A stretch of 20,558 nucleotides of DNA from a bacterium (GCA_046757165.1 JBHHXT010000079.1:1-20558), one strand, 5' to 3'. Counted from the first letter of the stretch, positions 1 through 7,362 are shown. Program-made: numbers and translations. The notes: a model not told the origin generated them from the letters alone.

Positions 1-789
1 ATGATCCCTGCATTGCTGATCGGTAGAGAGGGCAGCGTCGGCTTCCCCAACAAGAATGTGTATCCGGTCCTGGGGCGGAAGCTCATGGAGTATCCGTTGC
101 TTGCAGCGAAAAACGCCACGTTGGTGGATGAGGTGTACGTCTCCACCGACAGTGAGAGGATCAAGAGAATCACCAGGGACCACTTCGCGAAGGTCATCGA
201 TCGTCCGGCTCACTTGTGTACGAAAGAAGCTCTGGGTGAGGACGCTTTTCAGCACGCCTACCAAAACATAAAAAATGAGACGGGCAAAGATATCGAAATG
301 ATCGTGTTGCTGTTCTGCAACGCGCCGTGCGTCCTGCCGGCGCAAATCGATGACGGCATACGCGTCCTGCGGGACCATCCCGGTTATGACTCAGCGGTGA
401 CCGTCTCCCGCTACAACATGTATTCCCCGGTGCGTGCACGCAGGATTGGCGAGGACGGGCTGCTGCACCCTTTCATTCCATTCGAGAATTACCCGGCCGA
501 CATGGCCATCAATTGCGACCGCGACGCGCAAGGAGATGTGTATTTTGCCGACGTCTGCCTTTCCATCGTGCGGCCACATTGTCTCGATGATCTGGACTAC
601 GGCATTTTGCCGCAGAAATGGATGGGGCGCAAGATCTATCCCATCAAACAATGGGGCGGCCTGGACGTCGACTATGAGTGGCAGATTCCGCTGGTCGAGC
701 ACTGGTTGCAACGGCATGGATTTGCAGAGAAACGGTGTCCCGACAAGTTAAAGATAGATTTGGGAGACACAGAAAAAATCCACTCCTAA
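1..789 (+). CDS. Cytidylyltransferase, CMP-NeuAc/CMP-Kdo synthetase (NeuA/KdsB)-like family
   Basis: N-terminal GREGSVGFPNKN matches the ARxxSxxxPxKN CTP-binding motif; also VYVSTDS, VIDRPAHL and C-terminal GLDVDYEWQ (DID-like motif). ATG is at window position 1, so the upstream RBS is not visible. The stop codon lies inside the downstream palindromic repeat. Confidence 0.85.
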   Translation: MIPALLIGREGSVGFPNKNVYPVLGRKLMEYPLLAAKNATLVDEVYVSTDSERIKRITRDHFAKVIDRPAHLCTKEALGEDAFQHAYQNIKNETGKDIEMIVLLFCNAPCVLPAQIDDGIRVLRDHPGYDSAVTVSRYNMYSPVRARRIGEDGLLHPFIPFENYPADMAINCDRDAQGDVYFADVCLSIVRPHCLDDLDYGILPQKWMGRKIYPIKQWGGLDVDYEWQIPLVEHWLQRHGFAEKRCPDKLKIDLGDTEKIHS

Positions 790-891
790 CCCCTCCCAGG
801 AGGAGAACTGCGCGTCTTCGGCGCGGCCCTGTAGTCCGGCCGCAGGGCGTGAGATTCCCCTCCTGGGAACCTGGGAGGGGCCAGGGGGTGG
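780..891. repeat. REP-like palindromic element with long imperfect terminal inverted repeats and two internal hairpins
   Basis: Left arm 780-807 CCACTCCTAACCCCTCCCAGGAGGAGAA; its reverse complement TTCTCCTCCTGGGAGGGGTTAGGAGTGG aligns to 855-891 TTCCCCTCCTGGGA[ACCTGGGA]GGGGCCAGGGGGTGG, which carries a duplicated CCTGGGA. Internal stems: CGCGT-CTTCG-GCGCG (811-825) and GCCCTG...CAGGGC (826-848). Confidence 0.8.
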
Positions 892-892
892 C

Positions 893-943
893 GCTAATTC
901 TATAACAGGTCAGAATATTCATGTGGATTGTGGAACGATATAA
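893..943 (+). pseudogene. 3' remnant of a short-chain dehydrogenase/reductase (SDR) gene
   Basis: Translates as ANSITGQNIHVDCGTI*, matching the classical SDR C-terminal signature (ITGQxIxVDGG). Its TAA (941-943) directly abuts the TTG start of the next gene. Upstream sequence is the GC-rich repeat, not SDR coding sequence. Confidence 0.7.
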
Positions 944-1813
944 TTGAGACTTAACCCAACGAGAAATAAATATCTTGCGAAAATCAGGAGATTCTTTTAC
1001 TACGGTAATCGAAGTTTGCAGGATTATGGGAAATTCTTAGATGAGGCTAAAAACCATGGATTTCGATTTGCCCCATTAAAGGAATTCGTGAAAAAAAGGG
1101 AGCATAATGAAAACATAATTGGCCTTCGTCATGATGTTGATTGTTCAATTGATCAGGCTTTCAAAATTGCTGAAATCGAGCACAATGCTAACATACAAGC
1201 AACTTATTTTGTTTTGCATACAGCCAAATACTTTTATCAAGACATATCCAAGAATATCTTAAATAAAAAATTGCTAAAAAAATTAACGCATCTGCAGAAC
1301 AACCTTGGCCATGAAATTGGATTACATGTTGATCTAATGCCCATAGAGTTTAATCATAAAAAGGATCCATTCATGTACTTAAGACGCTTATTAGATTGTC
1401 TCAAGAAGAAAGGGATTAATGTTGTGGGTGTTTCTCCTCATGGCAATCTATTTCATCACCTGTATCGAAAAGCCAACTTGGTTCCTACTAAGGATATCAA
1501 GAATGATATTTTTGTCAACCCTTACATCGAATTTGATTTGAAAAAGTTTAATCTAAGTTATGAAGCATATAGCCTCGATCATGATATTTATTACAGCGAT
1601 GCAAGCTTTATAGACCAAAAGAGATGGGATTTTTCGGCTATTGAGAAAAGTTTCTTTACTGTTTCAGAATCAAATAAGCGAACCATAATCTCAACTCATC
1701 CAATTCATTGGGCTAATTCCAAATTACACTATTTTACCATTAACTTCATCTTGACTATTGAATATTGTTTTAGATATTTAGCCGAATATCATCAATATAG
1801 GAGGGCTAAATGA
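944..1813 (+). CDS. Polysaccharide deacetylase-like protein (NodB/CE4-like fold, WbmS-like)
   Basis: Motifs LRHDVD, ATYF, GHEIGLH, SPHG, YYSD and THPIHW; TTG start; strongly AT-rich (about 27-32% GC in hand-counted 60-nt lines); ATGA overlap with the next gene. Confidence 0.7.
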   Translation: MRLNPTRNKYLAKIRRFFYYGNRSLQDYGKFLDEAKNHGFRFAPLKEFVKKREHNENIIGLRHDVDCSIDQAFKIAEIEHNANIQATYFVLHTAKYFYQDISKNILNKKLLKKLTHLQNNLGHEIGLHVDLMPIEFNHKKDPFMYLRRLLDCLKKKGINVVGVSPHGNLFHHLYRKANLVPTKDIKNDIFVNPYIEFDLKKFNLSYEAYSLDHDIYYSDASFIDQKRWDFSAIEKSFFTVSESNKRTIISTHPIHWANSKLHYFTINFILTIEYCFRYLAEYHQYRRAK

Positions 1814-2424
1814 GAGTATTGAAGAAGCTTTGGATTCGCCTTTTACAATTATTGGCATACAACATACCCGGTGCTACAAGCACAAGAATTAGAATACACA
1901 GAATAAGAGGCGTAGAAATCAAGAAGAATGTTTTTATTGGTCAGCATGTACATATTGATAATACTGCGCCTCATAAAGTCTATATTGGAAACAATACCCA
2001 GTTGAGTATGAATGTCTTAATCATAACTCATTTTCGAGAATTAGGTCGTGATGATAATACAAAATACTCGGTTTATATTGATGATGATGTTTTTATTGGT
2101 GCAGGTGTGATTATCCTTCCAGCAGTTCGTATTGGTAAAGGCTCTGTGATTGCGACAGGTAGTGTTGTAACAACATCTATTCCCGATCATACTTTTGCAA
2201 TTGGTAACCCAGCTATTTCTAAAGCGAAAGTGGGGAAAGCTCTTCTCGCAGAAACATCCTGGGCTGAATTTATTAAGAACATGAAACCCTTAAAGAAGGC
2301 ACATGCTCTATCCAAAGAGTCGACTGGGAAGAGTGAGTCGCCTGGAGAAGTCATGAACCACGAAGCGCATGAAGGATACGAAGAAAAATCAACCAGTTAT
2401 GGATTCCCGCTTTCGCGGAAATGA
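1810..2424 (+). CDS. Hexapeptide-repeat (left-handed beta-helix) acyl/acetyltransferase
   Basis: GVEIKKNVFIGQHVHID and VYIDDDVFIGAGVIILPAVRIGKGSVIATGSVVT...GNPA; AT-rich up to about 2297. The last ~40 codons are higher-GC, repeat-derived sequence. Confidence 0.88.
   Translation: MRVLKKLWIRLLQLLAYNIPGATSTRIRIHRIRGVEIKKNVFIGQHVHIDNTAPHKVYIGNNTQLSMNVLIITHFRELGRDDNTKYSVYIDDDVFIGAGVIILPAVRIGKGSVIATGSVVTTSIPDHTFAIGNPAISKAKVGKALLAETSWAEFIKNMKPLKKAHALSKESTGKSESPGEVMNHEAHEGYEEKSTSYGFPLSRK
2317..2385. repeat. Short imperfect direct repeats at the low-GC/high-GC junction
   Basis: GAGTCGACTGG-GAAG (2317-2331) versus GAGTCGCCTGGAGAAG (2335-2350); then three 9-nt units CACGAAGCG/CATGAAGGA/TACGAAGAA (2359-2385). 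Confidence 0.55.
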
Positions 2425-2443
2425 CAGAAAAAGGGGGCTTTTT
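2400..2443. repeat. dRS3/REP-like hairpin (TGGATTCCCGCTTTCGCGGAAATGAC), probably one half of a degraded paired element
   Basis: ATTCCCGC-TTTC-GCGGAAAT stem (2403-2422, one mismatch) fits the ATTCCC-N8-GGGAAT pattern; followed by the weak stem AAAAAG-GGGG-CTTTTT (2428-2443). No inverted partner copy is present upstream. Confidence 0.7.
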
Positions 2444-2483
2444 AGACAGCCGATCGGTGTTCTGGCCGGACCTGGGCGACAAA

Positions 2484-2504
2484 TACACGGTCTCAGACCG
2501 TGTA
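2484..2504. promoter_or_regulatory. Perfect inverted repeat TACACGGTCT-C-AGACCGTGTA (candidate operator or RNA hairpin)
   Basis: Perfect 10-bp arms with a 1-nt centre in the intergenic region upstream of the radical SAM genes. The dyad is certain; the function is inferred. Confidence 0.45.
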
Positions 2505-2544
2505 GGATCGGTGCTTGATCATCATACCAATTTTCCCATCTAAA

Positions 2545-2565
2545 ACCTTGCGAAGGTCGCAAGGT
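2545..2565. promoter_or_regulatory. Perfect inverted repeat ACCTTGCGA-AGG-TCGCAAGGT (candidate operator or RNA hairpin)
   Basis: Perfect 9-bp arms with a 3-nt centre, about 110 nt upstream of the ATG at 2673. Function is inferred. Confidence 0.45.
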
Positions 2566-2672
2566 GCTTGCTCAAAATACAGATTCCGCAACGAAATACT
2601 GGGCTCTCAGTTCCGGCGAGCAGATCGCCTCTCATGCTTGTCAAAACTGAATGAACTTCACAGGAGATAGAC

Positions 2673-4235
2673 ATGAGCTTCAAAGTTCTGCTTGTTTATC
2701 CGAATTTGCGCGGTATGAACATGCTGCCGCCAGCCATCGGTCTTCTCTCCGCCGTGCTCAAACGCAGTGGCTTTGAGGTTGAACTCTTCGACACGACCTA
2801 TTATGAGAAGCTGGACGACGACCATGCTGAGGCCGACTCCGACCAGATGAAAGTGGACAAACTCATGGCCCGCCCGTTCAAGATGCCGAAAGAAATCACC
2901 ATCATCAAAACCAATGTCTTCGAGGACTTTGACAAGAAGGTGCAGTCGTTCAGCCCGGACTTGATTGCCCTGTCTGCCACCGAGGACATGTTTTTGCTCG
3001 GCATCAAGCTCCTGCGTAAACTCGGGCCGGGGCGTCCCATGACCATTCTGGGTGGTGTGTTTGCCACCTTCGCGCCACGACTGGCTCTAAGCTATCCGGA
3101 GATTGACATCGTCTGTAAAGGCGAGGGCGAGGACGCGTTGGACGCTCTTTGCAAGGCGCTTAGCACCGGCAAACCGTATGAGGATATCCCAAACCTGTGG
3201 ATCAAACAAAAGGATGGCGTGATCAAGGTGAATCCAACAAAGATGGTCGATATGGATACCAATCCGCTCATCGATATGTCCATCTTCGAAGAGGCCCGGT
3301 TCTATCGTCCAATGGCGGGGCGAGTCTGGCGGATGTTCCCTGTTGAAACGCATCGCGGCTGTCCCTACAAATGTACATTCTGCAACTCCCCATCTCAAAT
3401 GGAGCTGTACAAAAGGGAGGAGGGAAGGTCCTATCTGCGTCGTAAAACATTTGAGAATATGCGCCATGAGCTGCTTTTCTACAAGTATGAGATGAAAGCT
3501 GAATATCTTTATTTCTGGGCTGACACCTTCTTCTCGTGGAAGCACAACGAGTTTGAAGCGTTCGCTGAAATGTATGAGGAGATTGGCCTGCCTTTCTGGT
3601 GCCAGACGAGAATCGAGACTGTGACCTATCAACGGTTCAAAAGACTGCGTGACATCGGTTGTGCGCGCATTTCCTTTGGTCTCGAGCACGGCAATGAGAA
3701 GTTCAGGAAGGATGTCATCAAACGGCCCTACACAAACGACCTGTTGCTCGAGAAGCTCAGGATAGTTAACAGAGTCGGCATTCCGTTTAGTGTCAACAAC
3801 ATCATCGGGTTCCCGTATGAAACGCGCGAGCTGGCCTTTGATACCATCGAAGTAAATCGCTATATCGACGCCGCAGACCGGAACGCTTATGCCTTTACGC
3901 CCTTTACCGGCACGCCGCTGCGGGAAACCTGCAACAAACTCGGTCTCACAAAGAAGGACGACATCGTCCACTCCATCTTTGTCAACGGCTCGTTGCTCGA
4001 GATGCCGCAGTTTCCGCAACATGAAATCAACGCGGTTTTGAAGACATTCAATATGTATGTCAACTTCCCGAAGTCGCGCTGGCCGGAGATCGAAAAAGCG
4101 GAGGCTGACACGCCGGAAGGCAACCGGGTTTTCAGCGAGCTCAAAGACGAATTCGTGGAGCGATTCTGGAACAACGGCAATGGCGCCGGTGCTAGTTTTG
4201 AAGATGCCGCCCTTGCTGACACGATGGTGGAATGA
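2673..4235 (+). CDS. Cobalamin (B12)-binding domain radical SAM protein (1 of 3)
   Basis: RBS AGGAG at 2662-2666; B12-domain motifs PPAIGLLSAVL, GGVFATFAP and GEGE; RGCPYKCTFC (CxxxCxxC at 3360-3383); FGLEHG and NIIGFPYET. Confidence 0.93.
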   Translation: MSFKVLLVYPNLRGMNMLPPAIGLLSAVLKRSGFEVELFDTTYYEKLDDDHAEADSDQMKVDKLMARPFKMPKEITIIKTNVFEDFDKKVQSFSPDLIALSATEDMFLLGIKLLRKLGPGRPMTILGGVFATFAPRLALSYPEIDIVCKGEGEDALDALCKALSTGKPYEDIPNLWIKQKDGVIKVNPTKMVDMDTNPLIDMSIFEEARFYRPMAGRVWRMFPVETHRGCPYKCTFCNSPSQMELYKREEGRSYLRRKTFENMRHELLFYKYEMKAEYLYFWADTFFSWKHNEFEAFAEMYEEIGLPFWCQTRIETVTYQRFKRLRDIGCARISFGLEHGNEKFRKDVIKRPYTNDLLLEKLRIVNRVGIPFSVNNIIGFPYETRELAFDTIEVNRYIDAADRNAYAFTPFTGTPLRETCNKLGLTKKDDIVHSIFVNGSLLEMPQFPQHEINAVLKTFNMYVNFPKSRWPEIEKAEADTPEGNRVFSELKDEFVERFWNNGNGAGASFEDAALADTMVE

Positions 4236-4298
4236 GCTGCTTTCGGCGCACATATCGCTTTGTGGTCACGGGGTGTTTTCATTAGATGGAGAAATGGT

Positions 4299-5846
4299 AT
4301 GGTTGATTGCATGTTGATTTTCCCACCATTGACTAAGAAAGAGTGCACAGGCGGAAAAGTTATCAATGACAAATATGGCCACCTGCCTCCCCTCGGGATG
4401 GCTTACTTGGCGGCGGTAATGATCGATAACGGATTCACTGTGGATCTTGTCGAACCACTCGTTCTCCATCTTTCAGAAGATGACATTGTTGAGAGAATTA
4501 GAGAAAAGAAACCCAAAGTCGTCGCGATCAATGCCCTGACCCCCACGTTCAAGAAATCAGTCTCGGTCGCCAAAAGAGTCCGAAGTGAATTTCCAGATAC
4601 GATCATTTTGGTGGGCGGGACGCATATCACGCTCAAGTATAGCCAGTCGTTGAAAGGAGCCGTGACGGGCATTCTTGACGAGCATCCATGGTTTGATTTT
4701 GCCGGCATCGGGGAAGGGGAAATCACGATTGTTGAATTGATGAACTTCTTCAAGAAGCACAGCTTTGACCGGAAGAGAGTCTTCGAAAACGTGTTGGAGA
4801 TGGACAACATTCTTGGGATCGTCTATCGGGAATGCGGGAGCCACGGGAGAGAAATTTTTACCGGGAAGCGCCCTTTTGTGGACCTTGATGAGCTGCCCCT
4901 TCCAGCACGGGACTTGCTCCCAATGGACAAGTACATTCCCTTTCCTGTTCAATACAGGCGTTTGCCTGTTGTCCATCTGTTTGTTTCCCGAGGCTGTCCA
5001 TGGCATTGCTCTTTTTGCTGCACGCCAGTCACCTGGGGGACCACTGTGCGTTTTAGAAGCCCTGCCAAGGTTGTAGAGGAAATAAAGCATGTCATGGAAA
5101 AATACGGGGCGCGGGAAATTTCATTCTGGGACGACACATTTACTGCCAATGCCGAGTGGCTCACCGAGCTTTGCGACCGGATTCAAGATGAGAAAATCGA
5201 CATCATCTGGAGCTGCTTTGCCAGGGCAAACGATATGAAACCAGCCCTTGCCAAAAAGATGAAGGAGGGAGGGTGCTGGGAGGTTTTTATGGGAATTGAG
5301 TCCATAAATCAGGATTCTCTAAATGCGATTCGGAAAGGTCTCAAGCCGAAAATCATTGAAAAAGGGGTCAAGGTCACTCAAGAAGCAGGGATCGAAGTTC
5401 GGGGACTATTTATGCTCGGCTTGCCAAAGGAAACACCCCAAAAGGCGCTGAGCACAATTGATTTTGCTATCGAGCTGGATCTGGATTATGCGCAATTCAC
5501 CTTGACCACGCCACACAAGGGCACAGACCTCTATGCCGAGGCACCAAAATTCGGAACGCTTGTGGTCGATGAGGAGTCTTCCCGAAACACCCAGACCGAA
5601 GCTGTATTTGTACCCGAAGGCTACGAGAACGCGGACGAGTTGAACAATATTGTTAAGTTTGCCTACAAGAAATTCTATATGCGACCCCGATATTGGTGGA
5701 AAAAAGTCAAAAGCATCAACACTGTTGGCGATTTTAACCGTTACTATCAGGGGTTCAAAATTGCAGCTCGCATGATAAATCTTAGGATGGAAAATTGGAA
5801 AAGTGATATGTCTGAGGAAGTTGAAGCAAGTTTACGATCTCACTGA
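4299..5846 (+). CDS. Cobalamin-binding domain radical SAM protein (2 of 3)
   Basis: Start moved to ATG 4299 (MVDCMLIFPP) behind GGAGA at 4288-4292; PPLGMAYLAA, GGTHIT, GEGE, LPLPARDLL, SRGCPWHCSFC (cysteines at 4995-5018), DDTF, GIES and FMLGLPKET. Confidence 0.93.
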   Translation: MVDCMLIFPPLTKKECTGGKVINDKYGHLPPLGMAYLAAVMIDNGFTVDLVEPLVLHLSEDDIVERIREKKPKVVAINALTPTFKKSVSVAKRVRSEFPDTIILVGGTHITLKYSQSLKGAVTGILDEHPWFDFAGIGEGEITIVELMNFFKKHSFDRKRVFENVLEMDNILGIVYRECGSHGREIFTGKRPFVDLDELPLPARDLLPMDKYIPFPVQYRRLPVVHLFVSRGCPWHCSFCCTPVTWGTTVRFRSPAKVVEEIKHVMEKYGAREISFWDDTFTANAEWLTELCDRIQDEKIDIIWSCFARANDMKPALAKKMKEGGCWEVFMGIESINQDSLNAIRKGLKPKIIEKGVKVTQEAGIEVRGLFMLGLPKETPQKALSTIDFAIELDLDYAQFTLTTPHKGTDLYAEAPKFGTLVVDEESSRNTQTEAVFVPEGYENADELNNIVKFAYKKFYMRPRYWWKKVKSINTVGDFNRYYQGFKIAARMINLRMENWKSDMSEEVEASLRSH

Positions 5847-7362
5847 GCCCTTGATTACACTGATAAATCCAAATCTAATCCTCCAGCAGAATGACATTTT
5901 CACGACCGGTGTTGTTTACATGCCGGTTGGTTTGGCTAGCTTCGCAGGCGCCTTACGCGCCAGCGGGCTGGACTGTACCGTCGTTGATGCCTTTGGTGAA
6001 AGACCCAATCAGTACCGCAAAGAGGGTGACTGGGGTATTCGAGGTTTGACCGCCGACGAAGTATGCGACCGGATTGCCTCCGACTCCAGAGTGCTGGTGG
6101 TCTATGCCAGCAATGTGACCTATCATCGTTCTTGCGCCGAGATCGTCAAAAGCGCACGCAAACGCTTTCCTGCGGCCAGCATTGTCGTGATGGAAAACAC
6201 TCAGGCGGTAACCGCTTATTCTCTGCGCCATGTCCAGGATGAATTCTACGACCTCGGTGCGGACTATGTCATAACAGGGGAAAGCGAGCAGCGGGGGGTG
6301 GCGTTGGTCACCGCCCTGTGCAACGGGGGCGTTAACGGCAAACTCGACCTGGACGGCATCGGCTGTCGTGATCAGGGCGCCAGGGTTTATTCGCCGCCCA
6401 CCAGCCAAATCGAAAATCTCGATGAGCTGGCCTTCCCGGCGTGGGACCTCTTCCCTCTGGGAAATTATTGGCATCTCAAGTATGCACATGGGCCATTTGA
6501 AACAGACAAATATCTGCCCTTGCTGACCTCCAGAGGATGCCCATACCAATGCCGGTTCTGCGTTATCCCGGAAACGAACAGCGTCAAGTGGCGGGCCCGT
6601 TCAGCACGGAACGTGGTCGATGAGATGGCTGCGCATGTGCAGAAGCACGGTGTTCGGGAGTTCCATCTCGAGGACGTTGACCCTACTGTCAATGAGGCAC
6701 GCACGCGGGAAATCTGCGAAGAGATTCTTCGCCGCGGCTTGAAGGTTATCTGGAAGATCTGTTCAGGCACAAAGGTGGAAACGATACGTGAAGAGAGCAC
6801 CATTGAGCTCATGGCCGAGGCGGGTTGCAGGTATATTTCGATCTCCCCGGAGACCGGTTCGCCCAGAGTTCTGAAAGCCATCAATAAGCCATTCAACCTT
6901 GACCATGCCGTCAAGATGATCCAGAAAATGAATGATGTGGGCATTCACTCGCAGGCCTGCTTCGTTCTGGGATTCCCGCAGGAGGACGATGATGACAGGC
7001 GGATGACCTGGGACATGGTGCAGAATCTAACTAAAGTTGGTTTGGATGAAGTCGCGCTGTTTGTCATAACGCCTGTTCCAGGCTCGGCGATCCATGAACA
7101 GTTTTCCGGTTATACCGACTATTCTCAACTGAACTTTTCACCTGCCTGGCGAGAGGACTGGGACAAGTTGAGCAAGTTCAGGCTGGATTTGTACAAGCAT
7201 TTCCTATTGTGGAAGTTACGTTATCACCCGCTTAAGATAGGAAGACAAACCATCAACTTCATGATGAAGAGATTTGAGACAAAAATGGAGATGACGCCCT
7301 ATCGGGCTTGTCACACCTATCTAATCAAGTCCGGTTGGGCAGGAGGCCAAAATGGCAGATAA
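5803..7362 (+). CDS. Cobalamin-binding domain radical SAM protein (3 of 3)
   Basis: LINPN, MPVGLASFAGAL, GESE, LAFPAWDL, SRGCPYQCRFC (cysteines at 6538-6561), SPETGS and FVLGFPQE. Start is uncertain (GTG 5803, TTG 5821 or TTG 5851). Confidence 0.9.
   Translation: MICLRKLKQVYDLTEPLITLINPNLILQQNDIFTTGVVYMPVGLASFAGALRASGLDCTVVDAFGERPNQYRKEGDWGIRGLTADEVCDRIASDSRVLVVYASNVTYHRSCAEIVKSARKRFPAASIVVMENTQAVTAYSLRHVQDEFYDLGADYVITGESEQRGVALVTALCNGGVNGKLDLDGIGCRDQGARVYSPPTSQIENLDELAFPAWDLFPLGNYWHLKYAHGPFETDKYLPLLTSRGCPYQCRFCVIPETNSVKWRARSARNVVDEMAAHVQKHGVREFHLEDVDPTVNEARTREICEEILRRGLKVIWKICSGTKVETIREESTIELMAEAGCRYISISPETGSPRVLKAINKPFNLDHAVKMIQKMNDVGIHSQACFVLGFPQEDDDDRRMTWDMVQNLTKVGLDEVALFVITPVPGSAIHEQFSGYTDYSQLNFSPAWREDWDKLSKFRLDLYKHFLLWKLRYHPLKIGRQTINFMMKRFETKMEMTPYRACHTYLIKSGWAGGQNGR

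Noticed and set aside
1091..1097. A7 homopolymer (also at 1276-1282) as a phase-variation tract
   Set aside because: Short runs encoding Lys codons in a ~30% GC gene are expected by chance, and the reading frame is intact.
2428..2443. AAAAAG-GGGG-CTTTTT as an intrinsic terminator
   Set aside because: The stem is almost entirely A-T with no GC-rich stem ahead of the T run; it is more likely part of the repeat remnant.
780..2443. Integron cassette (attC), CRISPR array or composite transposon explanation for the low-GC insert
   Set aside because: No RYYYAAC/GTTRRRY-bounded attC structure at the gene ends, no regularly spaced repeats, the two flanking repeats are unrelated to each other, and no transposase or integrase is present.
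2444..2672. Cobalamin or SAM riboswitch, ops/JUMPstart element, or sigma70/sigma54 promoter upstream of the B12 radical SAM genes
   Set aside because: No B12-box, SAM-I core or GGCGGTAG is recognisable; candidate -35/-10 and GG-N10-GC pairs have the wrong spacing.
3087..4253. 388-aa antisense ORF, and similar long reverse-strand ORFs at 9019-9924, 11880-12656, 17663-18505 and 19629-20489
   Set aside because: They lie opposite well-supported genes, have no recognisable motifs, and are expected shadow ORFs of GC-rich coding sequence.
2673..7362. Hopanoid (hpnJ/hpnP), bacteriochlorophyll (bchE) or RiPP cluster interpretation of the radical SAM genes
   Set aside because: No shc/hpn, bch or precursor-peptide genes are in the window, no SPASM cysteine motifs are present, and all neighbours are glycan-related.
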